A stretch of DNA of 64,000 bases from positions 364,404 to 428,403 of the forward strand of contig NW_005434614.1 of the NCBI RefSeq assembly GCF_000315625.1. The letters are read 5' to 3'. Positions 25,281 through 36,366 of the stretch are shown here, piece after piece. The notes under the pieces were generated by a model that made no database searches, had not been told where the DNA came from, and saw only the letters and a program-made list of their open reading frames with translations. The position numbers and the translations under genes are program-made. The stretch's first letter is position 1; each line of letters begins with the position of its first letter. Source of the DNA: Guillardia theta CCMP2712 (taxonomy: Eukaryota; Protista; Cryptophyta).

Positions 25281-26648
25281 CCTTGAGCATAGAAATTGAA
25301 AAACGGGTCTTGGCTGGGAAACATGATACCTTGTGGATATGATGGAGGTATACTCCCACGAACTGGGTAATTACCATACCATTTGGGATCGACGTGAGAA
25401 TTCTCTCCCGAATCCGCTTGACCACTGTTTTCGCCTGACCCCGAGGATCTCTTCTTGCCCACTGCAACTTCTCCGACAGCCTGCGGTTCATTCGGTACCA
25501 ACGGTTCACTTGCCACAGTGATATTCACCACTGACACGTCTCCCTTCGCATCCATCGCGGGCGTCACGGTCGTAGTCGTCTTGCTTCTAGTTTTTAAGAT
25601 GCGCCCCCAGTGGAATATTTCGTCGAGAGAAATCTTTTCTGGTCTCATATTACTCTTCTTCCAATTTCGCAATTCTCTATTCAATGCCAATGACTGCAAC
25701 GATTCACAAGTCGATTCTTTACACCTGGCATGCAAGAGTTCAGCGATCTGGATCTCTAACGGCCCCATCCTTTGGTGTGCCCCCACAACACCTTGAATAC
25801 TATCCTTGAGATTCTTAAACAGTAGCTTGATTTTGTCCACGTTCCTCCAGAAGGCTTCTTCAGACTCAAGTGGCTGTTTCGCTAGCGCTCTGAGCTGATC
25901 TCTCCCTTCGTCCTCAGTAAGCTCGATAAGCTCAGCTCCACTTCGTTGCTTTACATTCCAGCGTACCAGTGCCAAAGTTTTGAAGAATGCCAAAGGATAG
26001 TTGCCTCCTCCTGACATCTGCCACTCTATGTCGAAATCATCCTTTAGCTTAACTCGAAAATAACTGTTCGTGCTTACAAGTACCTCAGCAATATCTTCAA
26101 ATAAGACTTCCACCTCCTGTCGATCAGCTGAGGATCTGAACAACCTCGGTGATATTTGGTACTTGTGTGGAGAGAAAACCACAGATGTATCGAGTGGATT
26201 ACCCATCTCTCCATCCTCTGAAGCACCATCAATCACATCCTCGCTGGCTGCGATTGCCTCCTCGAATTTTCCTCGCAACTTCTTAAACTTCTCAAGAGCA
26301 TCCTTGAATTTCTTCCCATTCTTCCAAATGTACCCAGCATGCAGAAACAACGCCGTGACCTGAATCTTCCACTCCAGCGAAGAGAATTTTTCTAGACCTT
26401 CTGGAGACGACTCCCACATTTCATGAAATTCTCCAACAAACGATCCAGTCTCGTCAATCGGAAACAAGTCCAACAGTTTTAAGAAACAAGCCCCAAGATT
26501 CGGACGAAAACGACTCATGGCACCTGAGAAAGGAAGGAACAGGTCCTCGAGTTTTTCCTTGGAGGTAACCTTCCCATGCTTCAGCTTGTCGACCTGAACA
26601 TCACCATGGCTTCGTTTCAACTCCTCTTGCAGATCTGGCATGCTCATG
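25181..26648 (-). CDS. Copia Gag N-terminal part
   Basis: Position after the 5' LTR; homologous to ORF 12381-12824. Confidence 0.75.
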
Positions 26649-26857
26649 ATCGTCAACTTGGAGTTACCAATACCGTTCCAAAAAAAATGAGTAACAGCGT
26701 ACAGTACAACAACCAGGAGCCTTAAAGAGCCTTCAAACTCGTTGTCAATTCGACGCACAAAGACCAAGAGCCCTTTAACTCGTTGTCCTTGGAATCTTAT
26801 CGTAGAGTCTTTTTGTATTCCTTTGTTCGTGAATACAAAAAGAAAATTTTCTTTTTG

Positions 26858-27347
26858 TATTGGAATCAATTCCTGACTCCTAGAGTCTGTGCACAGATGA
26901 ATGACTAGTAGAACAGCTCAACAGCTGACTGATAAGTCCAAAGACCAAGACTCACAGATGATGTGCGCACGAAGACACCAATGACTTTCACAGCCAACCA
27001 AACACCTCAGATAACTCAGATCAACTTCCCAACAATCCCCAGCACTTTATTCCCAACACTCGTAGCGGCAAGACCAACCAAACAGCTTCCCTTCACACAC
27101 CACCGCCTTACTTCCACCACTGTACGAGTGCTGCCTCTTCGACAGCCGGCGCCTCTTGATTCCTCCGGCGCCGCCTCAGCTTCCCCAGGCTCCAACCAAC
27201 CGGATCTTCTAAGTCACAGACTAAGCTCCAGCCCACTAGCTTGGACCTGCAGGCTTCACTTGGTTCACAACCTGATTAGACGCATCCCTTGAACTTATCG
27301 CGTCTGAAAGAACTTCTGAGAGGTTTGTCAGAACCTGAGTTCTTACA
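26858..27347 (-). repeat. 5' LTR of the copia element
   Basis: Matches 18243-18732. Confidence 0.95.
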
Positions 27348-28050
27348 CACCGTGTTGGACCGCCGGCCGCTCGGTCGGAACCGGACCGTCGGTCGGGCCG
27401 GGCCCCGGCCGGCCGGCCGCCAGGCTCAGTGGGACCCCGCGGCGGCGAACTTCGGAAACCGTCGTGACCGTGTGAACCGGGCCGTTTGGAACTCCGAACG
27501 GTCCGACCGTCGTGACACCGTGACGGACTCGGCGGATCGGACCGGCCGCTGCCACACATGCCAGTGACACCGCCGAGTCGGCCCGGGGGCCGGGCCCACT
27601 GAGTGGCAACGGCGTCCGAAGTTCAGCAGTTCAATGTGACTCTCAGTGCGCCGGGGTGTCACGGCCCCCCGGCATGCCCGGCCGGCGACTCGCCGGTCGC
27701 CGCCCGGCGCGGCCGCCGTGTCAGGCTCACTGCCGGGACGGTCCAGCGGCTCCCGGTTGAAAGTTCAGTCGGCGCGGCATGAAACCGTTCGACTCGTCAC
27801 GTGCGGCGGCCGCCACCACTCTTCCCAGAGTCCGGCCCGGGCCGGAGAGTCTGCCGCGCGGCTCAGTGAAGCCCCGCGTGCCGCGTGCCGGGCCCCGGGG
27901 CCGCTCAGTCACTGAGTCACGGTTCCAGCCTGGCCGCCGCCCGGCGCCCGGCCGCTCCGACGCGTGAATCGCGGCGCGGCGGCGCGGCGGCCAGGCGAGC
28001 CTCGACCCGATCATCGCCGAGTCGGCCGGGCGGATCGCCGGCCCATTGTC
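27348..28050. promoter_or_regulatory. GC/CpG-rich island upstream of the CM-PDT gene
   Basis: Sharp GC rise with many TGAGTCA/TGACTC/TCAGTG words. Similar islands occur at ~38560-38900, 51180-51800 and 52920-53390. Confidence 0.45.
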
Positions 28051-28104
28051 TGTTTCGTCCGTTATATCCGTTACAAAACCAGGGTCGGCTTAGAGAATTT
28101 TACC

Positions 28105-31100
28105 ATGGCCTCCAGGTATACCTCCGCTCTCCCTCCATGCTGCTTCCACGAGCTCGACTTTTCTCCCTCCTGCTTCCTCTTCCAATCTTCATCTCTCCTT
28201 TTCGTCGTCTACTACCCCCCCTCGACCATCCTATCACGTTGCTCTTTCCTGCTCCATCCTTCCACTCTACTGCTTCTCCTGTATGTTTTGTTTCATCGCC
28301 CCCTCCCTCCCCTTCCTCAACCAACTCACCCCCAGCAGTACTTCTCTCTATCAACTTTTACTTTGCTCTTACCTCCTTTCTACCATCTTCCTTCCGCTTC
28401 CCTCTTCCCTTTTCTTCTCGTCTCTACTATGTCAATCCACGTCATTACTTTCCTGTTCTTACTTTTCCACCAACTTCAAGCTGTGTTGCATGTGTTTAGT
28501 TCAATCTTGTATCTTCATTCGTTCGTTTTGTCTCCTCTTCCCATTTCAAATTTGCCACCTGTCTTGTCTTCCTATCGGCCTTCCTCTCTCCCTGCTGCTC
28601 CTCGCGCTGCCCCAGACCCTCCACGCTTTCCTTCACCTTGTTGCTCTGTTTGCAAGCCTGGGTCTGAGTGATCATGCGTGCAAATGCTCTTGTTGTCTCA
28701 TAACCAACTAGTTATGTGCATGTGCTGTGAATGGTTTCGGCCGCAGCTTCTCTTGTCAATGTATCTATTGGTTCCCTCTTGTGAATCATGCGCTGCTCTC
28801 GTATCCATCACAGAAGGCTATCCGAGAACAGCTTAGAGGGCAAGGAAAGGATTGAAGGAATGCAAGGAAGGATAGCTTGAGAGGGGGGGAGGGTGGAGGA
28901 TGCAGTGGAAGGGGGCTGTATTTGGGAAGCAGAGATGAAACAGCAGCCGCTGCTGAACAAACTGCTTAACAAGAAGCAGCCGTGTTGCTGACTTACTCCC
29001 CCTCCTTTGCGCAGTCGCTCAGGCGTCTCGGGGCTTCTGCGCATGACAGGTCTGATGTCGTTTGCAATGGCAACCGGGTCTTACATCACCAACAGCGCGC
29101 ATATCATCAAAGGAAGCATGCTCAACGCCGATCAAGCCCGATGCCGCTGAGCTGCGAAAGGTTGATGAGGATGACTTGGAGTCGAGGCTGCTGACTTGAG
29201 GGATGTCAGACCGTGGAAGACTGCGACGAAGCGCTGGTGCTGCTCCTGCACGAGCGAGCTCGAGCGCTAGAGACTGTTAGATCCCCAGCAGCGCTAGAGA
29301 CGAGCTTCCTCTCACTGTTGCTGCAGCTGTGGAGTCTGGAGGGACCGGCGGATGGGATTCCCTCAGCCGAGTTGAGTCCGAGCGAGATGGATCGGGTCAA
29401 ACAGGCGCACAGCTGCTGCAAGGAGGAGGGTCGCAGCTCCTTGAGCGACTCCGCCATTGTCTCTGTGTTCCAGGCGAGCTCGTGGACCTCCTGTGCCTCG
29501 AGCTCCAGGCTGATCTCCCAGCAGGAGTTGAGCAGGGTGTGCTCGCAGATCAGAGACTCGGTCGCTTACTTGGGCCCTCCGGCCACCTTCACCCATCAGG
29601 TTTTCCTCCTTCTCAGCTCGTGTCCTCCTGGTCATGTCGCCTCAGGCTGCAAGGAGTCGCTTCGGGTTGAACGCGATCTACCTGCAGGCAAGAGCTCCCT
29701 TGTCCTGATGCCAGGGTGACCGGAGGAGCAGTGTGACAGGATACCCGACGTGTTCCAGGCCGTCGAGAGGGGGAAGGCAAGTGGTCGAGCTCCTTTGCAT
29801 CTTCCGCTCATGCCTTGCAGGTTGGGTTTGGCGTCGCTCCCGTGGAGAACAGCACGGAGGGAGCCATTTCGCAGACCCTTGACCTGCTTGCTACCACTGA
29901 GCTCCAAGTGGTCGCCGAAGTCTGTCTTGACATCAGGCACAACATGCTCTCCAACGCCGACCTCCATAGGATACAGCGAGTTTTCAGCCACCCGCAGGCC
30001 CTCGCCCAGTGCAGGGGTGGCTTCAGGTTGCTGCTTTTGCCAGTTATCACCTGCTCCTCCCCTTCTCCTCCTTCTCCCCTCTCCACCCCCCTCTCCACCC
30101 CCTTCTTCATCCCCCTTCTCCATCCCCTCCTCTCCCCTCGCAGCTCCATCCTTGGTCCGGCTCAAGTTCAGCAGGCGAACCTTCCTGGTGCAGAAATCAT
30201 CGCCGAGAGCAGCACAGCGCGGGCAGCGCAGCTAGCGGCGCAGGCGAAGGTGCAGGAGGAGCTGGTGAGGTTTTCAGTGGAGGTGACTGGAGTGCAGCCG
30301 GAGGAAGGGATTGCTGCCATTTCCTCCCTCTTGGCGTCGGAGGTCTCGTGGTTGGACAAGGAGGCTGGTTGGTAACGCGGCTTCCAGCTCTATGACCTTC
30401 CAGTCAAGGCGACTTCCATCCAGGACCTCTCAAACAACATGTCAGATGCTCGTCCTCCCTCCTCCCTCCCTCGACCTTGTGCCCCATGGGCTCTTTCCTC
30501 CCCCAACCTTCCCCTCATCCCCCTGTCTGCTTTCCTCGACCTCATTGCTGGTCCTGCGCCTTGTCTCTCCCTCCGCCTCTTTGCGCTTCCTCTCTCATCG
30601 CAGACACCTCAGGACGCGCTTCGTCGTTGTGCGGCAACAAAGTCCAGGTGAGCTCGGGCGCTGCCAGCGCGATAGCGACAAGGTTGACGATGAGCAGGGG
30701 GGATGCCGGACACTCAGCCGACCGGGGATGACAAGACCATGCTTGTCCTGTGCATGGCGGATAGGTAGCGCATGCTGAGCTCGCGACGGCTCAAGCTCAT
30801 TCGCTTGTAGGGTTGGCGCACTTCACGACGTCCTGCATGCCTTCCAGCAACGATCCGTCAACCTGGCGAGGATAGAGTCCCGTCCGTCCAAGAGCAAAGT
30901 GACCCATCTCCTCTGCTGTCTTCCCCCACCTTCACCTCCTATCCTTCCCTTCCCTCCCCTTGTGCATGCTCAGAGGTCCCGACACATGTAGCATGATGCG
31001 TGCGAGGACTAACGGCACCATCAGGCGTGGGAGTACATCTTCTTTGTGGACATGCATGGACACTACAAGGTCAGATCGTTTCATTCATCTCCGATTCATC

Positions 31101-31283
31101 TTCTAATTTTCATGTGACAGGATGAGAACATTCAGGGAGTTTTGCTTGACCTCAAACAGCAGTGTTCTTTTGTTCGGTAAGTACAAAAATCCTTCCCCTG
31201 TCACACTCACTCCTTTCCACAGCGTTTTGGGCTCTTTCCCCTTCATCCGTCAGCCATCGGCTCATACTTCACGCAAGACTTAA
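28105..31283 (+). CDS. pheA: Prephenate dehydratase with N-terminal chorismate mutase-like domain and C-terminal ACT domain (P-protein); multi-exon, start uncertain
   Basis: DCDEALVLLLHERAR; VAYLGPPATFTHQ; APVENSTEG; SHPQALAQCR; SSTARAA; TRFVVV; GALHDVL..NLARIESRPS; WEYIFFVD; VLGSFP. Confidence 0.92.
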
Positions 31284-32107
31284 CATCGTCCAGAGCTATG
31301 ATGTGAGAGTGAAACAACGCGATGTTACGGCTATGAGTGACAAGACAACAACAATATCAAGTATTGTACACATTCATTGAAATCTGAATGACAACATACA
31401 AACTGCTATCGACACAACAACTTGCATGCGCAGCGCGAGTTCAGGTGCGGACAGCACGAGAGGGATGCTGCCAATGAGCATCGCAGCTATCAAGATGCCA
31501 CGCGTCGAGTTTCAGCCTAGCAACTTCCGGACATTGTTTGTCTTGCAAGCAAGGCTCTGATATGTCCTTGACAACCACCGTGAGCATGCCATGTCGAGCC
31601 ATGTCAAGAAAGCCACTCTTGTGGCTGTAAGTCTGGGACAGGATGCGGCAGATCATGCTCTCGTTCACTCGCGTGAACTTCCCTTGTTCATCTCGATCCA
31701 TGACATCCTCCTCCAGGACTGCCAGGCAAATGATGTTGCAATTCTCCTCAGTGAGCAAAAGCATGGTTTATTCGTCGATGGCGGATGCACAGGGAATCTG
31801 TTCGTTTGAATTGGAGCTCAACAAGAAAGTACGATTCAGACGTCAAGCTCGATGGGAGTCTGCAGGTACAGTTGCAGCCACAAACTCAAACCTGGACGTG
31901 CCCAACGAGATCAACCAAGAGGGGAAGCGAGCTTGGGAGGAGCAAGAGGGGAGGGAGGGTTGAGAGAGGAGGTAACAACAGCAAGACTTGAGCTATGGAA
32001 GGGGAACTAGCGCAATGGCAGGCTGTTTGTTCACTGACCACCAGGAGGCGGCAAGGAGGGGCAGGGAGGACAAGCAGGGGCAGCACAGGAGGGGTATAAG
32101 TCACCGT

Positions 32108-33131
32108 CTGAATCGGGGTGGGGTGGTAGGATGAATCAAGAATGGCCAGGTAGGGGGGTACTTATGGTAGGAGATAGGGGTGGGTCCATTTGATTGTTTC
32201 GTCTGGTTCGGTGGGGTCCTTTGTAAAACAATTGTAGAAGTAAACACAAGTGCCCGCCCACCCACCCCTACCACATACCCCTGTTTCCCACTCTAGCCTG
32301 CACTACCCCTCGTTTTCCCTGTCCTTACCCCTCCTACATCCCTTGTCTAGTGCCTGCAGTCGTATAGCAAAGTCCCAGGATACCCCACCCCCTACCCCTA
32401 TGTCTACCACCCACCGCTGCAACAATTCTTATAATGACCCCACCGTTTCTCAATTGAAATCAATATTCCCACCCAGCCATTAGTACCCCTACCTACCCTT
32501 GTAGTCGCAATGTTCCCCCAAGGTCTTTTTGACCCCGGGCGGTCCCCACCCCCACCCCTATCTTTCATATGTACCCGTGTGGTGGAGATCAGTCCCAACC
32601 TCGCTCCCGATGGGGGTTCCATTTATCGGCCTCATCAGAGATACGATCTCGTATGGGGGGTAGGTCAGGATTGGGGAATGTGGAGAAGTCGGGGTGGGTC
32701 ATTGGGAGGAAATTGATGGGTGGGTGTTCCAACTATTGAAAATGAAAGTGGGTAGGTGGTGAACATATCTGAAAGGTATAGTTTGACAGGGGTGGGTGGT
32801 TTGGGAGGGACCTGATGGGTGGGGTACTGGAGGGATCTGATGAGGGTAGGGTTATAGTTGGGTTACGACTGATGGGGAATGTTGGGAGGCGAAGATTATT
32901 ATAACATTTTACACAGAATATTTCAAATCATGCAAGGATTTATTTTCAAATTTCCTGTATTGTTTTGAAATATTAGACTTGGTAAGTCCGCTAATCCCCT
33001 CAGATCGACGCTTTACTACCCCACCCCTGAATTTTCCAAGAATTTCATCTAGCAAGCACCCCTGCTAAATTTCAGTATCCGCCCTACTACCCCCCATTCC
33101 AGCAGGATTTCACCCCACCCTCTGTGTTCAG
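32108..33131. mobile_element. ~1 kb non-coding G/C-run foldback or MITE-like repeat
   Basis: Imperfect inverted ends ctgaatcggggtggggtg / caccccaccctctgtgttcag, with alternating G-run and C-run blocks. Confidence 0.5.
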
Positions 33132-33595
33132 GAACCCCAGGTCCCCGACAACATGAGGACGGTGACGCTGGTGGTGCAGGCATAGTAGGAGGGAAGAGAT
33201 TGAGCTCAATGAAGACAGAGTCTTGAGACATGAAAGTTGTTATGCGTCTTGTACTAAGGAAGCGAGCATACAATAAGACAAGGATGGCATAGCGAGTAGA
33301 AGTCACTATCATGCGACATTGAGCGGATTCGAGATAGGCAGGAATATTCTGGACAGGAAAGGGATGTAACAGATGAGTCTTTTCGTCGTCGATCATTTGA
33401 TGAGGAAGTAATGAGGTGAAATTGTATATTCTTTTGCTCTATTGGTCAGTAGAACAACGGTCAATAGAGCAAGCCTGATCGATTTCTTGCTCCGCAGCAG
33501 TGTAGTTTCAACTGCTGAAAGGCAGCAGAACCGGAAAGACAACATATCTGTGAGAAGATGCGGCATTGACTTCAACGGATGTTTTCAGGGCTGGC

Positions 33596-34706
33596 ATGCT
33601 GAACGGCATCCCCAGGTCCTGCCACCTGTTGGTCGCCTTGCTCTTGTCGGTGGGGATGGAGGCAGCGGTCGCGTTCAACCCTCCTCTGAGCTCGATGCTG
33701 AACCGAAGGGAGGCGATTTCTGACCTCGTTACCAAGACTCTCCAGTACACTGGGATCACTCAGATCCCTATCTTGACCGGCAGGCAGACAGGTGAGGAGG
33801 AGGAGGAGGAGGAGTCCGTGTGTGTTTGACTGTTAATTCCCACGGCAGCGGCCCCAATGCGCAACCTGGTTGTCTTTGACTTCGATCACACCCTGATCGG
33901 GGTTGACTCGGATGAGCATGTGCTCGGGCTATCGTCCGACAAGGATGCGGCCAAGAGGAGGTTGGCAGAGGCGGGGGCAGCCAAGAGGTGGTGCGAAGGG
34001 TTCGCATCGGAGCTCGAGTGCTTGCAACGCGAAGGAGTGACCATGGATAGGATCAAGGAGGCGCTCGTGGAGATCAAAGTCGACGAGGAGCTGAAGGAGA
34101 CCATTCACAGACTGGGAAACTTGGACGGGGTTGAGCTCAGGATCTTGTCGGATGCCAACAACTGGTTCATCTCCACCGTTCTGCAGTCTAACGGGCTGGA
34201 CAAGTACATTACAAAGATCGTCAGCAACGTGGCTGAGGTGGACGGAGGGTTCCTGCATGTCAAGCCCTACCACACCTCCCCGCATCCTGAGGGCTCTTCC
34301 TCACCCGCCAACCTCTGCAAGGGCCGGGTGATGCGATCGTGGCTGGACGAGGTCCGCTGGGACCAGGTTGTCTACTGCGGGGACGGGCCTGGAGACTTTG
34401 AAGGAGCGGTGAATGTTCCGCTGAACGGAAAGATTCTTGCAAGGAAGGACTGGCCTTTGCATCGGCTGCTGGAGAGGAGCAAGGTGAGAGTTGGAGTCCT
34501 GGTGGAGTGAGCGGTTGACTTTGAGTGGCTAGGAGGTCAAGATGGCTCAGGTTTTGCCCTGGCAAGATCACAAGGAGCTTGCTCGTCTCCTCTCCAAGAA
34601 CGTGGAGATGCCTGTGCTTGCCATGCAGCGGAAGCAGTGGGACCTGGCGGGCTCGAGGAGTTTGAGATGGCATGAGGAAGGAAAGGCCGTGCGAGTGATG
34701 ACGTGA
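33596..34706 (+). CDS. HAD phosphatase, PHOSPHO1/2 (pyridoxal-phosphate/phosphocholine phosphatase)-like, with signal peptide
   Basis: VVFDFDHTL..DSD, ILSDAN, NLCKG, YCGDGPGDF, ARKDWPL; N-terminus LLVALLLSVGMEAAVA-F. Confidence 0.9.
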
Positions 34707-34746
34707 GGAGGAGTGAGTTATTCTTTAATGTACGCATATTTCAGAT

Positions 34747-35859
34747 TTAGAAGAGATGAGGGAGAATGAGTGATCGGCATGTGATCGCGCCGTCGGCCTT
34801 GGCGAACTCGGAGTTCTCTACTCCCACTATGTCTTGTCGCTTCACCCCAGCCATCTCTGCCAGCTTCTGCATCTCTGGCAGGAGCTCGCAGCCCTTGGAC
34901 ACGAGCAGGGCATCTCCAACACGCAGCACGTTGGTTGCCTCATGCACTGACATCCTGCCAGCAAAGTCACCCGGGTCGGCAAGGCGGAGAGTACCGGTGC
35001 ATGCTGTAACCGTGGGTCGCTCCGATCAGTCTCTCCACCTCCTGCACGAAGTGGTCCCCCCCGACAGAGTCGTCGAAGGCGATCTGATCGTTTCCTGCAA
35101 AGGTGGCAAGGGACTTCAGGTGCAGGTCGTCCTTCACTTGGATCGCATGGATACTCTTCGCCCCCTCTGCAAACTCGCTCGCAAAATGTTTGCGTAGGAA
35201 CTCGAATCCTGCCGAGCAAGTCACATGGAGCGAAGTAAGAGGAAGAGATAACAGCTTACCGGCTTCATTGGTTCGCGAGGATATCCCAACGAAACAATGT
35301 CTCCCTGTGAACAGCACGTCTCCTCCATCCAGGGTAACGTCCTCGTTCGATTCTTCCGCCATGCTCACAACGCTGTAGGCGCTCTTGAACCTATATATTC
35401 ATCAGTGCGATTCTAACATCAGCATCCTTGGTTCACCTGGATATCTCTGACTTGATCGTGAGCTCCACATCTTTAGTCTCCTGCTCACCTCGTATCTCAC
35501 CGATCACGCTATCTCGCACGCTCACATTGAAGGGGCATGCATGGAAGTGAGGCTAACCTCTCGACGGCTTCTTGCGCCTGGCCGGGTAAGGAGAATCTTC
35601 TTTCCAACAGCAACAGCAGTGTCTTCGATGAAGCAGCAGTCCGGGAGGTCGTCTGCAGCAGTCCGTCAACGGCGCCATCACAAACCTCTCCACCAGCCTC
35701 ACCTCTTGCTGGGACGTGTATGACAGACCTCACCCGCTGGGCGATGGCGTCGACATACTTCCTGTGCTGCTCTACAGCGATCGAGTACACCGGAGCATCT
35801 CCTCCTCTTCTGATCGCCCTCGCCATTCCCGCCGATACCCCCCGAACCACCGCTGCCAT
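34747..35859 (-). CDS. DDAH: Dimethylarginine dimethylaminohydrolase (amidinotransferase family)
   Basis: EQHRKYV, LPDCCFIEDTAV, LTRPG..SRR, LDGGDVLFTG..VGISSRTN, LHLKS, EFAKADGAITCRS. Confidence 0.92.
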
Positions 35860-35999
35860 TCTTATCCGGCCCTCATTCAGCAACAAAAATTTTCCGTTAC
35901 AGACCCGGTTTGCGGACGTTACGAAATGTGAGTTAGCAGTCCACGTCGACGATGCACGATGCGGCGGATCCGTAGAGTAGAAGAGAAGGAGGAGGAGGA

Positions 36000-36075
36000 C
36001 AGAGAGGAGAGAGGAGAGAGGAGAGAGGAGAGAGGAGAGAGGAGAGAGGAGAGAGGAGAGGAGAGAGAGAGAGCA
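36000..36075. repeat. (AGAGAGG)n purine microsatellite
   Basis: Visible directly. Confidence 0.9.
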
Positions 36076-36366
36076 GAAGGATGAGGAAGAGGAGGAGGAC
36101 TGCGTAGAAAAGAAAGAGGAGAAGGAGCAGAGAAAAGAGAGCAGATAAGAATGGAGGAGGGTGAGAAGAAGCTAGCCGGAGAAGGATGAGAAGGTTGTGA
36201 TCTGTAAGAAAGGGGGGATGAGCAAAGGCGCGAGAGCATGCAACATAGCGGCGACGGATCATGACAGCGAGGAAGTTAAAGCCGGATTAGATCATGCTGG
36301 AGCATGAAATGAGAAGGAGATGATAATCAGCAGAACTTGATGAAAAACAAACGATCCAGTCGAGTT

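Larger units (their letters stand above)
18243..27347 (-). mobile_element. Near full-length young Ty1/copia LTR retrotransposon (9.1 kb)
   Basis: Near-identical 490 bp direct repeats at 18243-18732 and 26858-27347, PPT aaagggaggg, gene order gag-PR-IN-RT-RH. Confidence 0.95.

Noticed and set aside
27354-27358. gttgg as the copia TSD
   Set aside because: It is offset 6 nt from the LTR end and the gypsy frame does not resume.
31380-33500. Minus-strand gene split by the foldback element
   Set aside because: Only short ORFs with no recognisable motif, so it is not supportable.
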